Source: an uncultured archaeon
Lineage (GTDB): Archaea > Thermoproteota > Nitrososphaeria > Nitrososphaerales > Gagatemarchaeaceae
Length of the DNA stretch: 64,000 nucleotides
Direction: 5' to 3'
Assembly: GCA_963799775.1 (NCBI GenBank)
Contig: CAWCYD010000003.1
Span: 1,280,001-1,344,000 of the forward strand
Positions 28,832-39,989 of the stretch are shown here, piece by piece. The notes below the pieces were generated by a model. It ran no database searches and was not told the origin of the DNA. It saw only the letters and a list, made by a program, of their open reading frames with translations. The translations under genes were made by a program, and so were the position numbers. Numbering within the stretch: the first letter of the stretch is position 1; each line of letters opens with the position of its first letter.

Positions 28832-30307
28832 TCAATTCAGGTTGTAATACGGGCTCGCCATCGCGAGGCGGACCGTATTTCTCGTCATGTCGGTCGGGTT
28901 TGTGAAGTTGGCCGTCGACGACTGGATCACGGACAGCACCTCGGAGGGCATCCCATCGGGGAAGAGGGTGTTCGCGATGGTCTGGACGCCTGTGTCGAGC
29001 GAGGCGCCGTTGCCGAAGAACTGGATCGGGTTGAGCAGGCTCGCCGCGTTCTGGCTGGTGGTCTGGATGTTGAGCGGGAAGTTGTAACGTTCCATTATCG
29101 AGCCGGTGTTGATCCACAGCATACCGATCGGCCATCCGAAGACGCTGGGCGGGTCGAAGAGCAGCTGCCCCTGGTTGTTCGTCGTGGAAATCATGTTGCC
29201 TGGGTTCGCCGTCGCGCCGAGGGAACGTAGGCCGCCGACCAGGTACTCTGTCGGGCTCTTCACGTTGGCGAGATAAGCCTGGTTCGAGATGAACTCCGGG
29301 GACGTTAGGATTGACTCGACCATCGCCCTGATGCTGTAGCCGCTGTCGAAGTAGACAGCGGAGAGCTTCTGGATGGTCTGGGGGGTCGGATTGGGATAGC
29401 CGAAGAACTGGAAGAGTTCGGTCGAGAGGTTCGTCGCGGTCTCGGGGCGGGCGACCAGGATGTCGACGATGTCCTGAGGACCGAAATTCCCTGACTGCCC
29501 GAGATAGGTCTTGGTGCTCGTGTCGTGGTTCGCCGCTATGAAGACCCCCTGTCCGGTGGAATTGATCGAATAGCCGGTGAAGGCCTTGGCCCCGTTGGTC
29601 ACGTCGTCCTGCGTGTAGGGGCCGCGCCCGGTCGAGAAGACCTCCATCACCTCCCTCGCGTAGTTCTCGTTCGGGTTGTTCTTCCTGTTCTCCACCCCGT
29701 CTAGCCAGACCAGCATGGCGCCGTCCGAGGTTATCCCCATGAGAAGGTCGTAGAAGTTCCCCAGGGCGTTCGCTCGGAGGAACTCGTTCTGCTGATACAT
29801 CAGGTAACCGTTCTGGACCTTGGAGATGGCGGTCGCGAAGTGGTTGTGCCAGAAGAGGGTCATCTTCTCCTCGAGGGGCCTGGGGGTCGCGACCATCCTG
29901 TTCAACCACCAAGTCGCAAGGTTGTTCTCCTCGTTCTGCCCTGACGGGACCGTCCCTGAATAAGACGTCCGGATGTTCGGCTGGATTGCGTTCAGCGCGC
30001 TGTTGTCTATCTGGGTGTAGTTGATGAGGTACTGGACGGCGCCTTCGAACCCCATCGCCTGGAACTTGGCCTGTTCTGCTGGGCCGCCGCCGAATCCCGT
30101 CCTCCTCAGGAGGTGGGCGATCTGGACCTGGTCCGGCATCGGGGCATTGGGGTCCACGGAGTCGAAGGAGGTGCCGCTAGGAAGAAGGCCCGCCATCTGC
30201 GCGCCCGCAGAAGCGTGAGCCACTTTGAGCAAGTCTGACCCGAGGACCGTGACCGCAGCGACGCCCGCGGTCGTCGCAGAAAGCTTGAGGAAGGCTCTCC
30301 GGTCCAT
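28832..30307 (-). CDS. Tat-exported DUF1800 family protein
   Basis: MDRRAFLK signal; HLLRRTGFG, EKMTLFWHNHFAT, PNENYAREVME.F. Confidence 0.93.
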   Translation of the reverse strand: MDRRAFLKLSATTAGVAAVTVLGSDLLKVAHASAGAQMAGLLPSGTSFDSVDPNAPMPDQVQIAHLLRRTGFGGGPAEQAKFQAMGFEGAVQYLINYTQIDNSALNAIQPNIRTSYSGTVPSGQNEENNLATWWLNRMVATPRPLEEKMTLFWHNHFATAISKVQNGYLMYQQNEFLRANALGNFYDLLMGITSDGAMLVWLDGVENRKNNPNENYAREVMEVFSTGRGPYTQDDVTNGAKAFTGYSINSTGQGVFIAANHDTSTKTYLGQSGNFGPQDIVDILVARPETATNLSTELFQFFGYPNPTPQTIQKLSAVYFDSGYSIRAMVESILTSPEFISNQAYLANVKSPTEYLVGGLRSLGATANPGNMISTTNNQGQLLFDPPSVFGWPIGMLWINTGSIMERYNFPLNIQTTSQNAASLLNPIQFFGNGASLDTGVQTIANTLFPDGMPSEVLSVIQSSTANFTNPTDMTRNTVRLAMASPYYNLN

Positions 30308-30553
30308 CTTTCACTTCACTGGCTCCATGTGTCAGTGTGGACAGCATATTAGGGCACGGAGAGTGGAATTGGAGTTTTCAATATTATGGTTGGAAGCTAA
30401 CGGAAAATATGAAAGATTTCTCGTTTTGAGATCCCCACTGGAGGAGAGGATGACAAGATGGAAGCGTCCAAAGGGAAAGGTCATGTAAGGCTCTCGTCAC
30501 CCAGGGAGGGATTTTGTGGGCGTTAACTGTCGTAGCCTGATGTTTGTCAATCC

Positions 30554-31054
30554 TCAACCTATCGCCATTATCGCCTCTTTCTTCTTCAGCGCCGCGAGCG
30601 TCTGCGTCGGTATGTGGTTCTTCCTGCCAACGACCTCAATGACCTCGCTCCAAACCACGTCCTTCACTCCGGCCATAGCCTTCACGTCCTCGATCAGGTC
30701 CATGAGTTCCTCACCACCTTGGACAAATATCTCTGCCCTGAGGTCGATGTTGAACTGCCCTATGGTCCTCGCGACGTAAGCGACCTGGTCGCGCTTCAGC
30801 AATTCTTTTCCTATCGCCAACGTTCTTCCTCCCCCAGTAGAAATCATGAACTCTATCTGTCGCAAGCCATACTTCTCCAAGGTCGAGGAGTACTTTATCG
30901 CCAGGTATTCGTCCTCCGCTTCTTTGCGCGTTCTCTCGGCGGCTTTTCGAGAGATCCCTAACTTCTCTGACAATAGCTGCGAAGCCATCGCGGCGCGAGT
31001 AGCAAGAAGGTCTTGCAGCATTTCCGCATCATGTTCAGCGATCGAACGAGCCAT
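30554..31054 (-). CDS. Lrp/AsnC family transcriptional regulator
   Basis: N-terminal HTH (LSEKLGIS); C-terminal RAM domain (V..VARTIG.F.IDL, GVKDVVWSE). Confidence 0.75.
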   Translation of the reverse strand: MARSIAEHDAEMLQDLLATRAAMASQLLSEKLGISRKAAERTRKEAEDEYLAIKYSSTLEKYGLRQIEFMISTGGGRTLAIGKELLKRDQVAYVARTIGQFNIDLRAEIFVQGGEELMDLIEDVKAMAGVKDVVWSEVIEVVGRKNHIPTQTLAALKKKEAIMAIG

Positions 31055-31273
31055 CGCGAATGCATGAAGGCGGGGATTATTAGGCTTGAGACTTTCTGGA
31101 TTTTTCCTTCAAGGCCCTCCTGCTCGCGGATGAAGTCGTGGAAGAGGGGGACCCCTCAATCATGGGCGAATCCTCGTTTGTCAGCCCCGTGGGACGAGTT
31201 CTTGGCAGAACCAGGGGGGAATCAAACTTATATACCTAGTAACCATTGACTACTAGATAGGAGAATCTGAGCT

Positions 31274-31624
31274 TTGAGCCAGACGACGCAGATAACACAA
31301 GAAGTCCTTGACGAATGCAAGATAGTCCACGCGACCTGGAACGAGCTGACAAAGGTCTGGACGCTCCCAGTGATACACAGCCTTGGACTGAAAGAGCCTG
31401 CGAGGTTCAACGAGCTAAAGCGCAGGACCGAGGGCATCAGCGCCACCAGCCTGGCCGAGAGGCTGACCGAGCTCGATAGGCAGGGCATCGTCCAACGGAA
31501 GGTCTACCCGGACACACCGCCGAGGGTGGAGTACTCTCTCACGAAGAAGGGGTGGGAGCTCCACGCGATCCTAGGCGAGTTGTCCACCTGGGCGATAAAG
31601 TGGGGCAAGTCAAAACCACAGTAG
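31274..31624 (+). CDS. HxlR family winged-helix regulator
   Basis: W...I...L....RFNELKR..GIS...L..RL.EL...G.V.RK....PPRVEYSLT.KG. Confidence 0.92.
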   Translation: MSQTTQITQEVLDECKIVHATWNELTKVWTLPVIHSLGLKEPARFNELKRRTEGISATSLAERLTELDRQGIVQRKVYPDTPPRVEYSLTKKGWELHAILGELSTWAIKWGKSKPQ

Positions 31625-31649
31625 CCGAAAGGACCGCGCTAGGAGATTC

Positions 31650-32708
31650 CTAGGCGCCCGAAGGCTGCTGCTGCGTGACGCAGTGGATCCCGCCAAAGCC
31701 GTAGACCAGCTCACGCGAGTTAATCGGCACGATCTTCCTTCCTCTGAAGAGGTCACGCAGGGTCTCGAGCGCGTCGTCGTCGCGCTTCGCGTCGTCGAAG
31801 ACCGGGACCAGCACTGCGGAGTTGGAGATCAAGAAGTTAGCGTAGCTGGCAGGGAGCCTCCCATCCTCCGCCTTGACCTCGTGTGGCATGGACATTGGAA
31901 TCACTTCGAGGCGCCTGCCGTTGGCATCTTCGTAGCTGGAAAGCAGAGCCACGTTCTTCTCCAGCGCACGATGGTTTGCGTCGCTCTCGTCATCCTCAAT
32001 CATGCAGACGACCGTGTTCTCTCTCACAAAGCGCGCGATGTCGTCGACGTGCCCGTCGGTGTCGTCACCCTCGATCCCGTTCTTCAGCCAGATTACTCTC
32101 GACACCCCAAGATAGTCGTGGAGCAGCGCCTCGAGCCGGGCCTTTCCCAGGCTCGGGTTTCGGTTCTTGTTGAGGAGGCATTGCTCTGTGGTGAGAAGCG
32201 AACCTTTGCCGTTGACGTCTATCGAGCCTCCTTCGAGGACGACCCCTGTCTGGAAGATCTTCAACCCCGTGGCCTTCGCCACCTCCGTCCCAGTCTGGTC
32301 GTCCATCAAGAGGTCGTCGTACTTGTTGCCCCAGGCGTTGAACTCCCATTTCGTGGCGGCGACCCCCTGCGCCCCTCCGCGGGCGTTGCGGACGAATATC
32401 GGGCCGTAGTCGCGGATCCACACGTCCGCGCTCTCTATCCTGTGGAAGGTCACTCTCTTTCTCGAGACGATCGAGCTCACGTGGTCCTCCATCGCCTCGT
32501 CGTCTACAAGGAGGTCGACCCTCTCTCCTGAGGTCAGAGCCTCGAGCAAGTCCGCGTAAGCCTCCTCCACTTTTGGCAGGACATCCTTCGGGAAGGTCAG
32601 AGGGTTCTTCGGCCAGGACATCCACGTGGAGTCGTGTCTTTCCCATTCCGCGGGCATCGCATAGCCCAGAGCGGAAGGAGTGTCGTGTCGAGCCTTGCCC
32701 TTGTCCAT
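31650..32708 (-). CDS. aguA: Agmatine deiminase
   Basis: MPAEWE.H, W.RDYGP, LEGGSID, DDTDGHVD, GGIHCVTQQQP. Confidence 0.95.
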   Translation of the reverse strand: MDKGKARHDTPSALGYAMPAEWERHDSTWMSWPKNPLTFPKDVLPKVEEAYADLLEALTSGERVDLLVDDEAMEDHVSSIVSRKRVTFHRIESADVWIRDYGPIFVRNARGGAQGVAATKWEFNAWGNKYDDLLMDDQTGTEVAKATGLKIFQTGVVLEGGSIDVNGKGSLLTTEQCLLNKNRNPSLGKARLEALLHDYLGVSRVIWLKNGIEGDDTDGHVDDIARFVRENTVVCMIEDDESDANHRALEKNVALLSSYEDANGRRLEVIPMSMPHEVKAEDGRLPASYANFLISNSAVLVPVFDDAKRDDDALETLRDLFRGRKIVPINSRELVYGFGGIHCVTQQQPSGA

Positions 32709-32724
32709 TCCATCGAACCCCTGC

Positions 32725-33619
32725 TCAGTTCGCCAGTCTGCGGTAGGTGGCGGGCTTCCTGTTCCTGAGGAAGCCCCATCCCTCCTCAACCTGCTTCCCC
32801 AGATTGAGGTCGCAAGACGCAATGACGATCTGCTCCTTGTCGTCGGCACGTGCGAGGACCTTCCCGAACTGGTCGCAGACGAAGGAGCCGCCCCAGAAGG
32901 TCATCCGGCCCTCCCTACCCACGCGGTTGACCGCGGCCACTATCATGCTGTTCGCGATGGCGTGCCCACGCTGGACGGTCTCCCAGGCGTCCCTCCAGTC
33001 CCCCTCTGTCTCCTCGATCCCGTCGACCCTGCCTATGGCTGTGGGATAGAAGAGGACGTCTGCCCCCATGAGCTTGACGACCCTTGCCGGTTCCGGATAC
33101 CACTGGTCGAAGCATATCAGAACGCCCAGCGATGCGGCCCGGGTCTTGAAGACGCCGTAGCTCGTCCCGCTCGCGAAGTAGTCCTTCTCGTAGAAGGACT
33201 CGTCCTGCGGGACCTGGACCTTCCTGTACTTGCCGACCATCCTTCCTGTCTCGTCGAAGACGGGCGAGGTGTTGTATAGGCGCCCCCCTGGCGCCTTCTC
33301 GTAGAGCGAGCCGCCGACCAGGGCGACCTTGAGTGCCCCGCGCTGCCTCTGAAAGGCGCTTCGTCGTCGGTCCTGGGATCCTTTCGGGTTTGACACTCGT
33401 CTCCCTTTCTTGGGGGAAGTAGCGGTATGCGAAGAGCTCGGGGAGGCAGACCACCGATGCGCCCTTATCGGCGGCCTCCCTGGTCATCTCCAAGGCCTTG
33501 GAGACGTTGGCCTCGTGGTCGTCCTCCATCGACATCTGGACGAGGCCCAGCGTGAGCTTGCGTCCTTGTCCAATCTCGTCTCTGCGATTAGTTTTCTTCT
33601 CTCTTACCATCTGAGCCAA
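32725..33619 (-). CDS. aguB: N-carbamoylputrescine amidase, carbon-nitrogen hydrolase (frameshift ~33340)
   Basis: LPELF, YRK.Q.P..F.EK.YF, ICFDQWYPE, YPTAIG, QRGHAIAN. Confidence 0.9.
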
Positions 33620-33625
33620 ACTGTC

Positions 33626-35212
33626 CTAGCCTAGGCATCTTCTGAGTTTGGCCGCTTCTATGAAAGCGTTTGAGGCGCTAGACCTCTCCCCGTCCATCGC
33701 GCACATCATGAAGGTGTTGACAAAGTTCTCGTGCTTCTTCGAGTTGTTGTCGGAGGGACCCAACGGGAGAGAGAGCGTCTCCTCCACCGTGGAGAGGTCG
33801 GCCATCACGTACCTCAGGGCCGTCTTCAGCTTCTCCTTGTTCATCTGGGTGAACTTCGCCATGAGATCGTACTTGTCGACGAGCAGGTGGACGGTCTCCC
33901 ATGACACGAGCGAGCCTGCCACTCTGTAGTCGAAGTGGATGTTCTTGTAGCAGCGCCTCAAGGCGTCGAACTCCTTGTCCGAGAGAGACCGCAGGGCCTG
34001 AGCGCCGATGAACTCCGGCGGGATGCCGAGGGAGTAGAACGCGGCCGCGAAGGGGATGGCCCTCGGCATCGTGACGCCCTTGACTCTCCTGCTGTACCCG
34101 AACAGCCCGATGTGCAGCTTGCGCGCCCTCCTCGTAGGGATGAAGGACGCGACGTAGTTGATGAGCGGAGCCAGGATCTCCACCCTCGACTGGAAGACGG
34201 GGATGAGCTTCTTCATCGAGCTCTCTATCAAGCGGACGTCGTCTTCGTCCATCTCGGACAGCTCGCCGTTGGGGAGGCGCTGGTTGAGCGTCGCTATCCC
34301 CCTCTCCACGACGTCTGCCGGATAGTCGTACCTGAACGCGGACTGGATCGTGACGGTCGAGACGCCAGAATACTCGGCGAGGAAGTTGTCTATGTTCTCC
34401 GGGTGGAGGTGCCCTCTGAAGGGCATGGTCCCGACGCCCAGGATGGGGTTCATCTTCACCCCGGTCTTCTTCTGCACCTGGGAGAGCTTCCCGAGCGCGA
34501 CCTTGGCGAGGAGGACGGCCGTGATCAGCCCATAGTTGAGCGCCGGGTCTGACCTTGCGATGAAGACCCGCATCACATCCGGCTTGACCGCCCTGACATA
34601 TTCCATCACTATCTTGTCAATCGACATGAGGGAGGGCGCGTCCTCCACCAGCGGGATGGCCTCGACCTTCTTTGGCACGAACGCCCCCACCCAGTCTTTG
34701 ACCTTCATGTCCCCCCCGAGGCTGATGTCCTCTATGCCCGCGATCGCCCTGCCGTAGCACCTGTCGAGCCACAGGAGCTCGGCGCCCTTCGTCGTGAACG
34801 GGAGGATCACAGCGGAGACCGGGACCGTCTCGCCCTCGTAGAAGGCGCTCGCCACGTCGGCCTGGAGCGGGATGGACTGCAGCGTCGAAGTGACGATCTT
34901 CCTCTCTGCCTTCTCGACGAGCGGGTTGGGGATGCGGTAGGTGAGGAAGATGTCCCGCCCGAAGACGTTGTCCATGAAGTAATCAGAATACTTGCTGAGG
35001 AGCTTCCTGACGACGTTGGTGTCCACGTCCTTGCCCTCGGAGTCCCACATGACCTCGCTGCAAGCGAGCTTGCTGTACGCGATGTAGGCCTCGTCGAGCT
35101 CCATCTCGCCCTCGATTACCCCGTTGGTGGACGACGCCCAAGGTGGTGTGTTGGCGTTGTCCGGATGCTGCGTGGTCATCGTCTTGGGGATGAATCTCTT
35201 GTCGTCTGCCAA
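33626..35212 (-). CDS. ppcA: Archaeal-type phosphoenolpyruvate carboxylase
   Basis: IPKTMTTQHPDNA, MWD.EGK, FIARSDPALNYG, PFRG, QSAFRYD, PRAIPF. Confidence 0.95.
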   Translation of the reverse strand: MADDKRFIPKTMTTQHPDNANTPPWASSTNGVIEGEMELDEAYIAYSKLACSEVMWDSEGKDVDTNVVRKLLSKYSDYFMDNVFGRDIFLTYRIPNPLVEKAERKIVTSTLQSIPLQADVASAFYEGETVPVSAVILPFTTKGAELLWLDRCYGRAIAGIEDISLGGDMKVKDWVGAFVPKKVEAIPLVEDAPSLMSIDKIVMEYVRAVKPDVMRVFIARSDPALNYGLITAVLLAKVALGKLSQVQKKTGVKMNPILGVGTMPFRGHLHPENIDNFLAEYSGVSTVTIQSAFRYDYPADVVERGIATLNQRLPNGELSEMDEDDVRLIESSMKKLIPVFQSRVEILAPLINYVASFIPTRRARKLHIGLFGYSRRVKGVTMPRAIPFAAAFYSLGIPPEFIGAQALRSLSDKEFDALRRCYKNIHFDYRVAGSLVSWETVHLLVDKYDLMAKFTQMNKEKLKTALRYVMADLSTVEETLSLPLGPSDNNSKKHENFVNTFMMCAMDGERSSASNAFIEAAKLRRCLG

Positions 35213-35340
35213 GTTCTGATGTGCGAGCGAGCGTCTCAAAGTTACCGTATTAATGTTAGACGGAACGAGATCCTCCGCGGGCTCAGCGCGAACTCGGGTT
35301 GCTCCGACTCGTTAAATATCGCTTGGCGTCAGGAGAAGCC

Positions 35341-35766
35341 ATGCCCACCAAGTACGACACCGTCGTCCAGACCAAGGCCCCTTTGAGCAAGGCGATCGAC
35401 TACTACTCGCACCCGGAGAACCTGCCGAAGGTGCACCCGGACTTTGTCAAGGGCGTCACGATAATCAGCAAGGACGGCGACACGGTCAAGCTCGAGCAGC
35501 AGATGGAGATGATGGGGAGGAAGCTCAAGGCTGTGAACACGATGACGTGGGACGCCGCGAACAACAAGTTCGTCGTAAACACACTCGAGGGCGACGGCAA
35601 GGGCAGCAAGATAACCATCGAGCTGAAGCAGGTCCCGACGGGGACTGAGGTGCACTACTGGGCGGAGATGGAGTTCGGCGCTCTCGGGTTCTTCATCAAG
35701 GGCAGGGCCAAGGACTCGTTCCTCAAGGTCGCCCAGGAAGACGCAAAAGCCCTCGACGCGACGTAG
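35341..35766 (+). CDS. SRPBCC/START-domain protein
   Basis: AP......Y...PENLP..HP; GTEVHY; C-terminal helix. Confidence 0.8.
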   Translation: MPTKYDTVVQTKAPLSKAIDYYSHPENLPKVHPDFVKGVTIISKDGDTVKLEQQMEMMGRKLKAVNTMTWDAANNKFVVNTLEGDGKGSKITIELKQVPTGTEVHYWAEMEFGALGFFIKGRAKDSFLKVAQEDAKALDAT

Positions 35767-35803
35767 CCGCGAGCGCTCCAAGCCTTCTCTAGAGAGCTGG
35801 CGG

Positions 35804-36674
35804 TCAGGGTCTCACGATCAGCGAGACAGCCAGCAGTAGCCCCACAAGCACATGGACACGGGCCACTATGGGAACTGACCTCTCCCAGGACTTACCTTTC
35901 ATTAGATCCGAACCGCCCTTCACCGCGACGGGAAGAGCGACCCAGACGAGCAAGACCGATATCGGCGCGCCGAGGACGAAGGAGGGCACCGACCACAGAA
36001 AGGCGGAAGCGATGAGAACCAGCAACAGGACGGAGCCGCGCCTCCTTCCTATTAGGACGGCGATCGTCCTTCGCCCGTGCTCTCTGTCCTTCTCTACGTC
36101 TCGTAGGTTGTTTGCGAGCAGTATCGACGTCACGAGCAAGCCGACCGGGATGGAATAGGAAAGCGCCAGGCTCGAGACCGAGCCCGACGCGGCGATGTCA
36201 GCCGAGACGACCTCGATGGGCCCCATGATGAGTCCCACGAGCAGCTCGCCGAACGGGGTCGAGGAGATGGGGAGCGGCCCCTCCGAGTAGACTATCCCCG
36301 CCAGGATCGCTAGGGTCCCGAGTATGAGCAGGAGAACCCCTCTCTCAAGCACCAGCAGGATGCCCAGGAAGAAGGCCACCCCGTAGCAGGCCGCCGCGGT
36401 GGAGATGAACCTCCCTTGCGTTGACCTCGCCCGAGACGATGATCCCGGCAAACCCCACAGAGGGGACCGTGTCCACTGCGTGCTTGTAGTCGCCGTATTC
36501 GTTGAACGCGTTCGTAGCGACCTGCATCAGCAGCGCCACGACTAGGATGTCGAGCCAGCTCAGCGGATCAAATCCGCCGCTCCTGACCGCCAGTGCACCG
36601 CCCACCAACATTGGGACGGCTGTCGCAGCGAGCGTCGGCACGCGGATGAGCCTGACGAGCTGGCCGAGTCTCAA
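35804..36674 (-). CDS. menA: 1,4-dihydroxy-2-naphthoate prenyltransferase (frameshift ~36415)
   Basis: R..TL.A...P, N..NEY.D...VD, NNLRD.E.D...GRRT. Confidence 0.9.
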
Positions 36675-38255
36675 TTCGTGGCTTCACCACTTTCGAGCCG
36701 CTGACGGACCACGCTTCTCCGCGTCTTGCCCGTCGGGGTCTTTGGCAACTCGGTCCAAAAGTGGTATTGCTTGGGGACCTTGTAACGCGCGACCCTCTCC
36801 TTCAAGAACGCAGTCAGCTCCTTGGGTGAAGGCCCTTCGTCCCCATACTCAGGTCTTCTCTCGATTACCGCCACCACCTTCTCGCCCCACGTTGCGTCGA
36901 CCAGGCCGATGACCACGGCGTCCCTCACAGCAGCGTGCTCTCGCAGCGCTGACTCGACCTCGGCGGGTAGGATCTTTTCTCCTCCACTGACTATCGTCTC
37001 TTCTTTCCTTCCGAGCACGGTAAGGCCGCCGGAATAGGGTGCCTTTTTGTCCGCTCCAGCGATACCCAGGTCGCCGGTGAGGAACCACCCGTCGCTGAAC
37101 TTTGCCTTGGTGAGGGCCGGTCTCCGCCAATAACCGACGAACAGGGTCGGACCACGGACGGCTATCTCTCCGACCTCCCCGGGCTTCGCCAGGGCGACCC
37201 GACCCTTCGTCCCCGGCCTTGTCACCGCGAGAGCATTGGGGAAGAGGGGCTGGTATGCGGGCTCTTCGGGGTGAGCTCCGACATCGGCTATGGCGACCTG
37301 GGAGCACGTCTCGGTCATCCCATAGGTCAGTAGGACCGGAAGACGCCGCTTCCTGATCTCGGCCAGGAGTTGCGCTGGGGGTTGGCCTCCTCCGAGGAAG
37401 ATGGCCCTGACCCTCTGATTGATGGGATCGGCGCCCCGCGCCTCGATGAAGCTCCCCGAGCATCGTGGGGACGAAAGATACCAGGGTGATGCCGTCATCG
37501 TCTAGAGAGCGCGAAATCCGCGCCGGGTCAAAGGTACTCTGCGTGACGATCCCGTTGCCGTAGAGGAGGCTGCGGAAGATGATGCTGTACCCCCCGACAT
37601 GATAGAGCGGCATGCAAAGCATCCACCTGTCGTCGGGAGCCGCGCCCACCCTGAGCCCTACCGAGACGGCGTTCCACATGAAGTTCGAAAGCGTGAGCAC
37701 GACGCCCTTCGGCTCTCCGCTTGATCCTGAGGTGTAGACTATCGCGTGAGGAGAAAGGAGGTCGAGATAGGCGCCTACGAGACCGCGCGAGGCGGACTCC
37801 GACTCGGCCATCAAGTCCGAGAGTCCCTCCGATCGGCGAGCGATGGGACTTCCGCTTCCTCGAGAGCCTCTGCCTCCTTCGGTCTCGATCCGCTTCGCGA
37901 CATGCCTCAGGGCGTCGTCGTACACGACCAGCGAGGGGTCTGAGTCGAGCACCTGCGAGGCCAGCTCTGGTATCGACTGCCCGTGGTTGAGGGGCACCGC
38001 CACTGCCCCGGTCCTTGCGAGGGCGTGGACGAGGGCGACGAAGGCATGGGACGGGCGGGTGAGGATTGCTACCCTGTCTCCCTCCTTCACGCCTCTAGCT
38101 TGGAGGACCGCCGAGAGCGAGCTGACGCGCTGCTGTAGTTCGCGGTATGACCACTCCAGCGTGCCCGTCTTCAGAGCCAATGCATCGGGAGAGACCTCTG
38201 AGCGCCACCTCAGCCAGTCAGGGGCCTTCCCCGCCTGTCGGAGGCCTGAGCTCAA
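36671..38255 (-). CDS. menE: o-succinylbenzoate-CoA ligase (frameshift ~37455)
   Basis: [34 protein letters not shown]; TTGA overlap with menB. Confidence 0.9.
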
Positions 38256-39127
38256 GGGAGCCACGGATACTTCTTGAAGTCTGGCTTTCTCTTCTGGAGG
38301 AAGGCGTCCCTGCCTTCCTTCGCTTCCTCGGTCATGTAGTAGAGCATGGTCGCGTCCCCGGCGAGCTCCTGGAGCCCGGCGAGACCGTCCGTGTCCGCGT
38401 TGAATGCCGCCTTCATGATCCTGATGGCGGTAGGGCTCATCCGAAGGATCTCCTCCGCCCATTTCAACGTCTCCTCCTCGAGACGGGCGAGGGGCACGAC
38501 CGTGTTGACAAGGCCCATGCTCAGGGCCTGCTCGGCGTCGTATTGCCTGCAGAGATACCAGATCTCCTTGGCCTTCTTGGGGCCTACCATGCGGGCGAGG
38601 AGCCCGGCCCCGAACCCTGCGTCGAAGCTCCCGACCTTAGGGCCTGTCTGGCCGAAGACCGCGTTGTCAGCAGCGATGGTGAGGTCGCAGACAAGGTGCA
38701 AGACGTGCCCCCCGCCTATGGCGTACCCGGCGACCATGGCAATCACCGGTTTGGGGAGGCTTCGGATCTGCCTCTGAAGATCCAGGACGTTGAGCCGCGG
38801 GACGCCGTTCTTGTCCACGTAGCCTGCCTTCCCTCTGACCCTCTGGTCGCCTCCGGAGCAGAAGGCCTTGTCGCCTGCGCCCGTGAAGATGGCGACCCCG
38901 ATTGTGGGGTCGTTCCTGACGATCGAGAAGGCTTCAGAGAGCTCGAAGAGCGTCTCGGGCCTGAACGCGTTCCTCACTTCAGGCCTGTTGATGGTGAGCT
39001 TCGCGACGCCCCCTCTCCGCTCGAAGAGTATGTCTTCGTATTTCTTGACCCTCTTCCAGCTCCCTTGCATTGGGCGTCCACCGCCCCCCGTGCTGTTGTC
39101 TTTCATCGCGCTACGTCTGCTTTTCAT
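38252..39127 (-). CDS. menB: 1,4-dihydroxy-2-naphthoyl-CoA synthase
   Basis: [44 protein letters not shown]. Confidence 0.97.
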   Translation of the reverse strand: MKSRRSAMKDNSTGGGGRPMQGSWKRVKKYEDILFERRGGVAKLTINRPEVRNAFRPETLFELSEAFSIVRNDPTIGVAIFTGAGDKAFCSGGDQRVRGKAGYVDKNGVPRLNVLDLQRQIRSLPKPVIAMVAGYAIGGGHVLHLVCDLTIAADNAVFGQTGPKVGSFDAGFGAGLLARMVGPKKAKEIWYLCRQYDAEQALSMGLVNTVVPLARLEEETLKWAEEILRMSPTAIRIMKAAFNADTDGLAGLQELAGDATMLYYMTEEAKEGRDAFLQKRKPDFKKYPWLP

Positions 39128-39982
39128 TTTTGACTCGCTACCCGTAGCATCTCAGGGCTGTCTTCAAGGAAGCGGTCCACCAGGACGGCGAACTCTTCCG
39201 GCTTTTCCACGTGGACGCAGTGCCCGGCGCCTCGGACCTCCGCGAGGACGCTTCCCTGGATCCTCTTCCGCATCTCGTCTGCGATTTGCGAGTACTTCGA
39301 GTCTGCCTTCCCTACGACAAGGAGCACTGGTATCTTGAGGCGCCCCATAGAGTTCCAGAGAGGGGCCATCGCCCCGGACCCGGCTTGCCGGAGGCTCGTC
39401 GCCAAACCATGAGCGGAGTTCGAGAGGCGGTCTCGCGCGATCCCCTGGAAGACCTCCGGTGGCAGGTCCATTTTGGGTAGAGAAGGTGGGGGTCTCCTGC
39501 CAGTAGTCGACGAACCACTCGATGCCGCGCCGCTCTATTTCGTCGGCCAGAGCCTCGTCGCTGGCCTTTCTCTCCGCTCTCTCCGAGGGACTCGCGACCC
39601 CAGGCGACGTTCCTTCGAGTACCAAGCAGCTCAGCAACTCCTGGTGCTTGCAGGCCATGTCGAGGGCGATTCTGCCGCCCAGCGAGTAGCCGATGAGCGC
39701 CGCCTTCCTTCCGTGCCCCCCATGGTTCGCGAGCCTCACGACTTCTGCGATCGCGTCGGAGGTCAGGCCGACGCACATCTCAGATGGACGAGAGACGCCT
39801 GACTTCCCATGACCGGGAAGGTCGGGCAGGATGACGAAGTGGGTCTTCGATAGCCTTTCCACGAGAAGGTCCCAGGTTCGGTGTGTCCCTGTGAACCCGT
39901 GAAGAAGGACGACTGGGCTGCTGGACCTGTCTCCCCTCGTGACGAACCAGATGGCTGGCCCCCCGCCTACCCGTTTGAGCAT
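39124..39982 (-). CDS. menH: SHCHC synthase (frameshift ~39475)
   Basis: LHGFTG, GYSLGGR.A, R...D..LA, G..D.KY, GH.VH.E.P. Confidence 0.9.
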
Positions 39983-39989
39983 GGGCAAC

